DNA from: Eledone cirrhosa
Taxonomy: Eukaryota
Assembly: GCA_964016885.1 (NCBI GenBank)
Contig: OZ024740.1
Span: 34,348,001 to 34,412,000 of the forward strand
Direction: 5' to 3'
DNA length: 64,000 bases
In this document: one piece after another, positions 27,001-38,310 of the stretch
How the letters are laid out: every line of letters begins with the position of its first letter
Position numbering within the stretch: the stretch's first letter is position 1
The notes under the pieces: model-generated
Seen by the model: only the letters and a program-made list of their open reading frames with translations
Databases searched by the model: none
Told to the model about the DNA's origin: nothing
Position numbers and translations under genes: made by a program

Positions 27001-29920
27001 ACCTCAAGAAACTTCATTTTTGTCAAGTGTAGCCCCCAACTCCTAGAACCTCAAGAAATTTCATTTTGTCAAGTGTAGGCCCCCCCGACTCCTAGAACCT
27101 CAAGAAACTTTATTTTTGTCAAGTGTAGCCCCCGACTCCTAGAACCTCAAGAAACTTCATTTTTGTCAAGTGTAGCCCCCCCCCCCCCCGACGCCTAGAA
27201 CCTAAATAAACTTCTTTTTTGTCAAGTGTAGCCCCCAACTCCTAGAACCTCAAGAAACTTCATTTTTGTAAAGTGTAGCCCCCCGACTCCTAGAACCTCA
27301 AGAAACTTCATTTTTGTCAAGTGTAGCCCCAGCTCCTAGAACCTCAAGAAACTTCAATTTTGTCAAGTGTAGCCCCCAGCTCCTAGAACCTCAAGAAACT
27401 TCATTTTGGTCAAGTGTAATCCCCAGCTCCTAGAACCTCAAGAAACTTCATTTTTGTGTTGTGTAGACGCCGACTCCTAGAACCTCAAGAAACTTCATTT
27501 TTGTCAAGTGTAGCCCACCTCGACTCCTAGAACCTCAAGAAACTTCATTTTTGTCAAGTGTAGCCCCCCCCCCCGACTCCTAGAACCTCAAGAAACTTCA
27601 TTTTTGCCAAGTGTTACCTCGACTCCTAGAACCTCAAGAAACTTCATTTTTGTCACGTGTAGCCCCGCGACTCCTAGAACCTCAAGAAACTTTATTTTTG
27701 CGAAGTGAAGCCCTCCGAATCCTAGAACCTCAAGAAACTTCATTTTTGCCAAGTGTAGCCCCCAACTCCTAGAACATCAAGAAACTTCATTTTTGTCAAG
27801 TGTAGCCCCCCGCCCGACTCCGAGAACCTCAAGAAACTTCATCTTTATCAAGTGTAGCTCCCAACTCCTACAACCTCAATAAACTTCATTTTTGACAAGT
27901 GTAGCCCCCCGACTCCTAGAACCTCAAGAAACTTCATTTTTGTCAAGTGTAGCCCCCCCCCGAAACCTAGAACGTCAAGAAACTTCATTTTTCTCAAGTG
28001 TAGTCCCGACTTCTAGAACCTCAAGAAACTTCATTTTTGTCAAGTGTAGCTCCCCGACTTCTAGAACCTCAAGAAACTTCATTTTTGTCAAGTGCAACCC
28101 CCAACTCCTAGAACCTCAATAAACTTCATTTTTGTCAAGTGTAGGCCCCCCCCCCCCCGCCCCCGACTCCTAGAACCTCAAGAAACTTCATTTTTGTCAA
28201 GTGTAGCCCTCCCCCAACTCCTAGAACCTCAAGAAACTTCATTTTGTCAAGTGTAGGCCCCCCCCCCCCCGCCCCCGACTCCTAGAACCTCAAGAAACTT
28301 CATTTTTGTCAAGTGTAGCCCTCCCCCAACTCCTAGAACATCAAGAAACTTCATTTTGTCAAGTGTAGGCCCCCCCCCCGCCCCCGACTCCTAGAACCTC
28401 AAGAAACTACATTTTTGTCAAGTGTAGCCCTCCCCCAACTCCTAGAACCTCAAGAAACTTCATTTTTGTCAAGTGTAGGCCCCCCCCCGCCCCCGACTCC
28501 TAGAACCTCAAGAAACTTCATTTTTGTCAAGTGTAGCCCTCCCCCAACTCCTAGAACCTCAAGAAACTTCATTTTGTCAAGTGTAGCCCCCCACCCGACT
28601 CCTAGAACCTCAAGAAACTTCATTTTGTCAAGTGTAGGCCCCCTCCCCCGACTCCTAGAACCTCAAGAAACTTCATTTTTGTCAAGTGTAGCCCCCAACT
28701 CCTAGAACCTCAAGAAATTTCATTTTGTCAAGTGTAGGCCCCCCTCCCCCGACTCCTAGAACCTCAAGAAACTTCATTTTTGTCAAGTGTAGCCCCCCCC
28801 CCCAACTCCTAGAACCTCAAGAAACTTCATTTTTGTCTAGTGTAGCCCCCCGACTCCTAGAACCTCAAGAAACTTCATTTTTGTCAAGTGTAGCCCCCCC
28901 CGACGCCTAGAACCCCAAGAAACTTCATTTTTGTCAAGTGTAGACCCCGACTTCTAGAACTGCAAGAAACTTCATTTTTGTCAAGTGCAGCCACCAACTC
29001 CTAGAACCTCAAGAAACTTCATTTTTCTCAAGTGTAGCCCCCCCTACTCCTAGAACCTCAAGAAACTTCATTTTTGTCAAGTGTAGCCCCCCCCCGACTC
29101 CTAGAACCTCAAGAAACTTCATTTTTGTCACGTGTAGACCCCCGACTCCTAGAACCTCAAGAAACTTCATTTTTGTCAAGTGTAGCCCCTAACTCCTTGA
29201 ACTTCAAGAAGCTTCATCTTTGTCAAGTGTAGCCCCCCCCGACTCCTAGAACCGCAAGAAACTTCATTTTTGTCAAGTGTAGCCCCCCCTACTCCTAGAA
29301 CCTCAAGAAACTTCATTTTTGTGAAGTGTAGCCCCCCGACTCCTAGAACCTCAAGAAACTTCATTTTTGTCAAGTATAGCCCCCCCCCGACTCCTAGAAC
29401 CTCAAGAAACTTCATTTTTGTCACGTGTAGACCCCCGACTCCTAGAACCTCAAGAAACTTCATTTTTGTCAAGTGTAGCCCCTAACTCCTTGAACTTCAA
29501 GAAGCTTCATCTTTGTCAAGTGTAGCCCCCCCCCCCGACTCCTAGAACCGCAAGAAACTTCATTTTTGTCAAGTGTACCCCCCCCCCGACTCCTACAACC
29601 TCAAAAAACTTCATTTTTGTCAAGTGTAGCCCCCGAAACCTAGAACCTCAAGAAACTTCATGTTTGTCAAGTGTAGTAGCCCCCCCCGACTTCTAGAACC
29701 TCAAGAAACTTCATTTTTGTTAAGTGTAGCCCCTCCCCCGTCTCCTAGAACCTCAAGAAACTTCATTTTTGTCAAGTGCAGCCCCTAACTCCTTGAACCT
29801 CAAGAAGCTTCATCTTTGTCAAGTGTAGCCCCCCCCCCCGACTCCTAGAACCTCAAGAAACTTGATTTTTGTTAAGTGAAGCCCCCATCTCCTAGAACGT
29901 CAAGAAACTTCATTTTTGTT
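1..29920. repeat. Tandem satellite, ~47-bp monomer TCAAGTGTAG(C)nAACTCCTAGAACCTCAAGAAACTTCATTTTTG, roughly 600 copies, with higher-order structure
   Basis: GTGTAG recurs at 101 and 148 (period 47). Monomer length varies mainly through the C-run after GTGTAG. The array runs uninterrupted from the window start to ...CATTTTTGTT at ~29920. Confidence 0.98.
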
Positions 29921-30368
29921 ATGATAATCCCACCCTAACGTTCTCTTTCAATCATCTTTGTATCTGTAGTCTATTTAATATCTTTTTTTATTTAAAATCT
30001 AGATTAATCTCTCCCAATTGAACCTCACAAACAGACATGAATAGAAAAATCAATTTTTATTTGAATCAATTCAACTTTCTATTAAATCAACTGAACTCTA
30101 ACCTGTTGAACCCTACTCCCACTCTAATCACCCCAACTACATAAACATAGACAAGAAGAAACTACCCATATATTTAATAACTCGTAAAAAATGACAATAT
30201 AATTTTTAATATAAATTAATCCATATTTGATAAGATTGACATAGCTAATCGAAGCCGGTAATATTTGATAAACTTAAATTTATTTGATGTAACAAATATA
30301 GAAATATTTGTTTTGTATTAAATAAAAAGTGATTCTTTAAACACACTTCTGTGATTTACACTTTTTTA

Positions 30369-30494
30369 CATGCATACATACATACATACATACATACATA
30401 CATACATACATACATACATACATACATACATACATACATACATACATACATAGATACATACATACATACATACATACATACTTACATGCATACA
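30369..30494 (+). repeat. (TACA)n microsatellite
   Basis: Direct reading. It is the (TGTA)n tail of the minus-strand element to its right. Confidence 0.97.
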
Positions 30495-31100
30495 TGGTGG
30501 CTGCCAACTCGTTTTCGAGTACGGCCACTACTTTATATCCATGTAGGAGAACCCCTATCGATGCGCTGAACATGTGTGACTTTTTAGTCCAGCCAGCGAC
30601 TTGAAAACTCTGGTACAAACACTACACTTGTGACAATTATTGACACATAGTGCTGGACCCATGGTACCATGTGATGACAAGTGCAGAGAGATCTCCAGAT
30701 ATAAAGCAATGCCTGTGCCGTGAAGCTTTTATAGTGAGCCAAGGCACTGCACAAAGCCAGTCCCACTCTCTTAACCAAGATGATATTTACCAAAAAGAAC
30801 AAGTCAACATCATTGGATACCATCAGGGTTGCAGGTGTTATATCAGAGTTTTCCTTCTCCTAGAATTCTGCCCTGACAAAGTCTAAGGGGTAATCTCTCC
30901 CGGTGATTTTGGATGGACATTGACTCTTAAGAGCTCCTTTGCCCTTTGACAGGTTTTGTTTTTAGTCCTGCAGGATGTCCAAAGTCACCCTCCTCACCAA
31001 GAAACCTTGATGGGGGTTGCCAGTTTAGTCGCCAACCACCCGACCATGGGACAGGTTGTACTGGGATACATGTTACCAGTAGCACCAATTGGTGACCTGA
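30495..31100 (-). mobile_element. Non-autonomous bipartite RTE-derived retroposon, family A copy 1 (5' UTR + 3' end, ~600 bp)
   Basis: Near-identical to 37031-37634 and 43218-43624. The 3' part encodes a C2H2 remnant CSVCTRVFKSLAGLKSH, like CSICRKECKSLAELKSH at the end of the RTE ORF at 40768-41175. It ends GCAGCCACCA(TGTA)n and is flanked by TACA repeats on both sides. Confidence 0.75.
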
Positions 31101-31253
31101 CATACATACATACATACATACATACAATGGCGACCGTTGTGGTCAGTGTCCGATAATGGGACGTGTGTAATTACGGCTTACATGAAGGCAACATACCATA
31201 TTATGGATAAAGTTGAGCTACATTACGCGGTAAGATTACATACAATAATTCTA

Positions 31254-31600
31254 CATAAGTGTTTGAACTGTAAGTGTGTTGTAAAACACCTATTTATATG
31301 AACGATACATACACTTATGATATATGAACGGTACATACACTTTAACATATAAATGCAAAGTTGTTATATTACATTTGTAAAGAAATATGCAAGTAACGTT
31401 TTCGATTCAGAAACAAAAACATAAGTGTTTGAACTGTGAATATGTTGTGAATATGTTGTAGAACACCTATTTATATGAATGATACATAAACTTTAAGATA
31501 TAAATACAGCGTTGTTATATTATATTACATTCATAAAGAAATATACTAAGTAACGGTTTTCTTTTTGTTTTTTTTTTGTTCTCGATTCAAATGATTCAAG
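31254..31600. repeat. Degenerate ~166-bp direct duplication
   Basis: CATAAGTGTTTGAACTGT...AACACCTATTTATATGAA starts at ~31254 and again at ~31420. Confidence 0.7.
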
Positions 31601-31771
31601 AACAACGTTTAAAACACAGTTGTAGAATGAAAAACTAACTGAAAAGAAATATTACCCAATCTGTGAATAACTTTAAATTTGATTCTGTCAGAACTTTGTC
31701 GAAACTTTTAAAGAAGATCATCGACTATTTTGAAAAATAAATCAAAATATTAGTGAATAGACGAACGCATC

Positions 31772-34700
31772 ATGGCAAAACGTACAAGTCTCCTTCGACC
31801 AAATCGCAACTACAACCGTTGTATACAGTGGAGCTACGAGCTTAACAAAGAATTATATGACGCATACAAACAATCTGAACCCCAAAAGTTCGGTTTTATG
31901 CAAAGGCTAAAACCTTTATGGAACTCCAAACACCCAGAATTAGACTTTTCTCCAAAGCATTTAAATGAACAGGCAAAACGTATCATTAGATGTAAATTGA
32001 TACATCTAACGAAATTGAGTGATACTACAAATACAGCCCTTGTAGACAACCATCCCACCTCCACTGACAGACAAAGAGAATGGCCAGCTAAATCTAACAG
32101 TGAACAGCTCACCAACAATTTTGCTGAAATCCATCCCACTTCCACTGACGAACAGCGAGAATGGTCAGCTAACTCTAGTAGTAATTGTCACCACATCAAC
32201 AACGAGGCTGAAATTCATGACTCTACTGTACAAACAGAACACCAACAACTTGTGGACACCTTACAAGTGATATGGGACGATATGTTTCAAGAGATACACA
32301 GCCTTAATGTGAGTGACAGACCATACAACACCAGAATCAGTAAAGAACCCACTAAATTGGAATTGGAAGCGGTGAACGAAATAGCTGGCAATTATCTGAA
32401 GGCTATACGATCTAAAGGTGTAGAAACGACATTTGAAACGCTTAATGTTTTGTTATATGTTTCAGCTGTCACATTGCTATCATATAACAAACATCTAAAA
32501 CCACGCAATCAAGATACAAACAAAAAGCCTGAACCAGCGTGGATACGAAATTTAAAAAGCAAAATTTTGTGCCTGAGACGAAGTATCTCACACATCGCAG
32601 TCGTTATGAAATGCAACATAGAGAGCAACTTCACACGACACCAGGAAGACCTAAAAAAAAGTTAGAGACGATTTGGAGATACAAAATTAAAAACTTTAAA
32701 CTCCAAATTACACCAGTTGAAACAACAACTCACAGCTACAACAGAAAGACTAAAATATAAGTCAACAGCACATAAACGACAAGTGCTAAATAGATTGTTT
32801 GCCAGAGATCCTAAATCAGTTTATCGCAGCTTCGGTGTCAAAATCTCAATCTCTGTAAATGACACCCCTTCAAAAGAACAGGTTGAGAGGTACTGGAGAT
32901 CTGTATGGGAAACGGATGACGGATTCAACAGACAAACTAATTGGCTAAAAGAACTGGAACATGACTACTGCCAACATGTCCAGACAAAACAATATGACAT
33001 AGATGGGTCAATACTGGAAACAGCTCTACAATGTCGAATAGGAAATCACCAGGCCCAGACCTCATTACAGGATACTGGTTGAAGAATTTCACTTTCTTTC
33101 GGCAAGATCTCATACGGCTGTTTACAGAAACCATTAAAGGCACACAAGAACTGCCCAGATGGTTAGCAACTGCCACTACTCTCCTCATTCCCCAAAATAG
33201 TCAAACCACTCTTGCTAAAAATTACCGCCCAATAGCCTGCCAAAATATCATGTATAAATTATATACTGAGTGCCTTAACCTGTTCTTACAGGATCACTGT
33301 GCTACCAACAACATAATAACACCTGAGCAAGCTGGTAGAAAGAGGGAGGTGTGGGGTTGCATAGATCACCTACTATCTAATAAAATGATTCAAGAAAAAA
33401 CAACAAAGAATCCCAGAAACATGACTGCGGTGTGGCTGGACTATCAAAAAGCATTTGATAGTGTACCTCATGGGTGGATTGTTAAGGCTTTACAGTTAGC
33501 CAAAGTCCCACAACCACTGATAGCTGCTGTTGAACGCCTGACCAAGAACTGGTACACCAATTTGATCCTTAGAGGTGAGAAGGAGCAAGTTAAGACTGAT
33601 AAGATACATTACCAGAAGGGCATCTTTCAGGGTGATAGCTTGTCAGTGCTACTCTTCGTTCTCTCACTAAATCCACTATCTTACCTATTCAGGAAACAAG
33701 GTGGACAAAGAAGTGGGTCCAGAAGTATCTCCCATCTTTTCTTTGTTGATGACCTGAAGTTGTATGGGCCAAATATCAATGACATCAAGAAACAATTGGA
33801 CCTCATTACACAATTTTCAACAGACATCAAAATGAAATTTGGTGAGTCCAAGTGTGCATATTTGGCAGTAAAACGTGGAAGAGCTGTGCCCTCCTCTAAA
33901 AATCTAGAGATGAACAGCCTGACAATACAACCTCTACTGTCAGGTGACAACTACAGATATCTTGGACAGGATGAGAATGTCAGATATGATGGACCCATAA
34001 ATAAGGAGAGAACCAGAACTGAATACCTCAGAAGAGAAAAGAAAATATGGTCATCAGAACTGTCAGCGTACAACAAATACATTGCTCACAATACTTATGC
34101 TGTGCCAATTCTAACGCCAACATTTGGCCTGCTGAACTGGTCATTGCAAGAACTAAGTGAGATGGATGTTAGAACTCTCAAACTTCTCAGTGTTACTGGG
34201 AACTTTAACATCAATAGTGATGTGGATAGGCTATAATTCTCACGCAAGGAAGGTGGCCGGGGTCTAAAATCCATATTAAAATCATGTGAGACCCGGATAG
34301 TAACACTGAAGTAACATCTTCAACAGAGGAAAAATGTAGGCAACCATCTTGGCCAGGTTTATGAGCATGAACAAAAAAAAATCATTAGAATAGCCACTGA
34401 TCTGGAGTAGAGATATGGAATAAAGCCTGATATAAATCTCTCACCCAGAGAAATCGGAAGATCCTATTCAATGTTCAAACAAGATGAAAAAAATTGATCA
34501 ATTTACAGAAAAAGTTGTGCATGGATACTTGAGACGTAAAACACAGACCATAGAGGGGATACACCACTCAAACAGCTTGGCATGGAGTTCCGACAAGTTT
34601 ATGACATCACACCTTGAGGGATATCTCTATGCAATACAGAAACAAGAACTCCCTACCAAATATCTGCTGCACAAAAGCGGAGGGCCATCAGCTGACAATA

Positions 34701-35360
34701 AATGTAGGCTATGTAAAACAAAGATCGAGGATGTAAGGCGTATTGTTGCCAGCTGCGAAAGAATGTTATCTCGCTACTACCTCCCATGAGACACGATGTG
34801 ATAGCTAGAACCATCTGGAACGCACTTCGGAAAACAAAATTAACAACAAACGAGGAAGAATATATTGAGACAGATGGCACTAAGGAATACTGGTGGAACC
34901 TGAAAATAAAAAAACTGCCACCAAATTAAAGCACAACCGGCCTGATATTGTTGTTTGGGACCACACATTGTAAACGTGTTCTGTTGTGGAGATCAGCTGC
35001 CCACTTGATGTAAACGTTGTCAGAAAAATACAGGAGAAGGAGGACATCTACGGACCATTGATGAGGAGTTTACAAATCCAGTATCCAAGATACACCTTTA
35101 GCTTCATACCCATCATTATTGGATCTACGGGTTATATATCAACCCGCTTGGACCAAAGTATAACTGAACTTGGATTTGCGGACAAAGAGCGCAGCTCACT
35201 AATTCATAGTCTACAAATGGCTGCGATAGCTGGCACCTTCAAAATTTGCAAAACATTCTTGCGATTCAAGGGATGACAATTTATTTTCTTTTACAACCTT
35301 GCCACCAGGAAGGTGGCCGGTCAAAAAAAAATATACTCGAAATTAAGAGAAAGAGATAAC
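31772..35360 (+). mobile_element. Near full-length R4/Dong-clade (RLE-type) non-LTR retrotransposon, family 1, with frameshifts and stops
   Basis: N-terminal Myb-like block WSYELNKELYDAY..LWNSKHP. RT motifs DYQKAFDSVPH, GIFQGDSLS and HLFFVDDLKLY (33031-34236). Degenerate zinc knuckle CRLC..IVASC, then RHD and the RLE motifs HNRPDIVVWD/EISCP. The 3' UTR runs directly into (CATA)n. The 5' UTR may extend back to ~31127. Confidence 0.9.
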
Positions 35361-35496
35361 ATACATACACACATACATACATACATACATACATACATAC
35401 ATACATACATACATACATACATACATACATACATACATACATACACACACACATACATACATACATACATACATACATACACACATACCTACATAC
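35361..35496 (+). repeat. (CATA)n microsatellite between two R4-like elements
   Basis: Direct reading. Confidence 0.97.
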
Positions 35497-37016
35497 TACA
35501 GGGAATACTACACCCGATTAAGAAAGATCTGGTCATCGGAACTCTCTGCGCAAAACAAAACAGTGGCTCACAATGTGTTTGCTGTGCCTGTCCTAACACC
35601 AACTTTTGGAATACTCAATTGGACGATAGACGAAATCCGAATAGTTGATGTTGGAACTCGAAAAATACTGAACAACACCGGAAACTCCCACATCAACAGT
35701 GACATAGACCGCCTTTACTTGAAACGTAAGCAGGGAGGCAGACGCCTAACATCAGTTCAAACAACATTTGAATGTCGCATCATATCTCTCCGACAACATC
35801 TACGAACCTCGAAGCGTAGGAGCCCGTTTCTCGACCAAGTCTATCTGCATGAAACAGATAAGATCATGTGAGTTGGGAAGGAACTCCTTGAGAGATATTC
35901 CCTGTGTGATAATCAAAAACTCACACCCAGGGATGTCGCTCAGCAGTATCGCAGTGAATCCATGGATGAAAAACTGCATGCCTATCAGCAAAACATCATG
36001 CACGGATATGTTTCCAGGAAGCTCCAGAGTGAGAGTAATATAGATAAGGAAAGTAGTCTATCTTGGACCAACAACCGCTATATTGGCTCCCACTTTGAAG
36101 GATACGCTTTTGCAATCCAGGAACAGGAGATTAGCACGAAATACCTGATTCACAAAAGAGATAGAGATGCAGGAAAAACACCTAGATGTGATAACAAGTG
36201 CAGACTCTGCAGAACTAACATCGAGGATATCACCCATGCCATCAGCAGCTGTCCAAAGATGTCATCGCGGTACTATCTACCTATGAGGCATGATGTAGTG
36301 GCCAACACACTGTACAATGCAGTTCGTAAAAAAGATAGCCCCGACAATAAACACATTAAAAGCTACAACAATGTGGAAGACATCCATGTACATAATATGA
36401 AAGAGTACTGGTTGAATGTTCCAGTAAAAACCCCAATAAAATGCAGGCATAACAGACCAGATATAATGATATGGGACAGGGAGAAGAAAACATGCACAGT
36501 AGTGGAAATTAGCTGCCAAGCAGATGCCAATATAGTATCAAAGATTAGTGAAAAGGAGAATATTTATGCAGAACTGATGAGAAATCTGCAGATACTCCAC
36601 CCTGATTAGACCTTCAGATTTATGGCTGTGATTATTGGGGCACTGGGATATGTTAGTAACTGCCTCAATACAAATCTTGAGAAGCTAGGCTTCACAGGAA
36701 CAGAAAGAACACAACTAGTTAGGAAATTACAAGTACAATCCGTTAATGGAACAGTAATAATATGTAAAACATTCCAAAAATTTTGCATCTAATAACTGCA
36801 TATACACATGTACAGATACAAAGCATATACACATGCACACATACAATTCAAAACATCCACATCCACACATACAATAACATCCATATCTACACATGCATAC
36901 ATACATATCTACTTAGTTGATGTTGTGTAAATTGCAATGAGAGAGTCTTGTGTCTATGTTAGAAACCGACTATCTCTCTATTGGTAAAACTTTGTGAAAT
37001 TATAAAACCAGAAGAA
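35497..37016 (+). mobile_element. 5'-truncated R4/Dong-like element, family 2
   Basis: AHNVFAVPVLTPTFG, NSDIDRLYLKRKQGGR, CRLCRTNIEDITHAISSC, RHD, HNRPDIMIWD..VEISC. Ends AAACCAGAAGAA followed by CATACA repeats. Confidence 0.88.
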
Positions 37017-37030
37017 CATACACACATACA

Positions 37031-37634
37031 TGGTGGCTGCCAACTCGTTTTCGAGTAAGGCCACTACTTTATATCCATGTAGGAGAACCCCTACCGATAC
37101 GCTGAACGAGTGTGACTTTTTAGTCCAGCCAGCGACTTGAAAACTCTGGTACAAACACTACACTTGTGACAATTACTGACACATAGTGCTGGGCCCATGG
37201 TACCATGTGATGACAAGTGCAGAGAGATCTCCAGATATAAAGCAAAGCCTGTGCCGTGAAGCTTTTATAGTGAGCAAAGGCACTGCACAAAACCAGTCCC
37301 ACTCTCTTAACCAAGATGATATTTATCAAAAAGAAGAACAAGTCAACATCATTGGATACCATCAGGGTTGCAGGTATTATATCAGAGTTTTCCTTCTCCT
37401 AGAATTCTGCCTTGACAAAGGCTAAGGGGTCATCTCTCCCGGTGATTTTGGATGGCCATTGACTCTTAAGAGCTCCTTTGCCCTTTGACAGGTTTTGTTT
37501 TTAGTCCTGCAGGATGTCCAAAGTCACCCTCCTCACCAAGAAACCTTGGTGGGGTTGCCAGTTTAGTCGCCAACGACCCGACCATGGGACAGGTTGTACT
37601 GAGATACATGTTACCAGTAGCACCAACTGGTGAC
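37031..37634 (-). mobile_element. Bipartite RTE-derived retroposon, family A copy 2
   Basis: Colinear near-identical copy of 30495-31100, with TACA repeats on both sides. Confidence 0.75.
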
Positions 37635-37679
37635 ATACATACATACATACATACATACATACATACATACATACATACA

Positions 37680-37711
<32 letters not shown>
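37635..37711 (+). repeat. (CATA)n microsatellite
   Basis: Direct reading. Confidence 0.97.
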
Positions 37712-37712
<1 letters not shown>

Positions 37713-38231
37713 GATGGCTGCAAACTCTGCTAAGAGTTTTGCATTCGCTTGTCAGATTATAGAGTTTGGTGCACCTTTAGGCTATGGCCAGCCACACGAA
37801 TCTGTAACAGATCTTGAACAAGCAATGCCTGAGCTTTGAAGGTTTTTTAAGTGGGGAAAGGCCTTCCACTCGCCCAATCCCACGCTCTGAGCATCGAAAA
37901 CACTACCCGAAAAGGAGAACTGGTCAATATCATCGGATGCTTCCGAAGCCGCAGGGTTTTGTCAGAGTTTCTCTCTCTTAAAAAGGTGTAGTGACAACAA
38001 CTAGGGACCTTTCACTCCCAGGTGAAAGAAAAATGCTATTTGGATGGCCGCTGACTCTGCTGAGTTCCTCCGCCCTTTGCCGGGTCTTGTATTTCATCCC
38101 ACAGGGTGTCCAAATATCACCCTCCTCACCAAGCAAGCTTGGTGGGGTTGCCAGTTTAGTCGCCCACGACCCGACCATGAGACAGGTTGCACTGGGTTAC
38201 ATGTTACCAGTAGCACTCGAGAGCGACCTGA
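37712..38231 (-). mobile_element. Bipartite RTE-derived retroposon, family B copy 1 (~520 bp)
   Basis: Shares its 5' ~190 nt and the GCACAGGCATTGC-type block with family A but has a different middle. Ends GCAGCCATCA + (TATG)n. Homologous to 40185-40708. Confidence 0.7.
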
Positions 38232-38310
38232 CATAGATACATACATAGATACATACATATATACATACATATATACATGCATAAATGCATACATACATAC
38301 TTATATATAT

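Noticed and set aside
1473-29485. Dozens of ORFs such as PTPRTSRNFIFVKCS / LLEPQETSFLSSVA
   Set aside because: Translations of the satellite. Frame is set by C-run length, most starts are TTG/GTG, and stops are frequent.
1-29920. CRISPR-like look (constant block plus variable segment)
   Set aside because: The variable part is only a C-run with point variants that recur many times. There are no unique spacers, no cas genes, and the context is eukaryotic.
31015-31075. Canonical HDV-like ribozyme in the RTE 5' UTR
   Set aside because: P2 (CCAGT/ACTGG), a P4-like hairpin and CUAA can be drawn, but no P1 or proper L3/P1.1. Kept only as an unassigned structured RNA.
31772-35276. Active autonomous retrotransposon or multi-ORF operon
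   Set aside because: One ancestral ORF broken by frameshifts and stops (for example near 32665, 33030, 34236, 34789).
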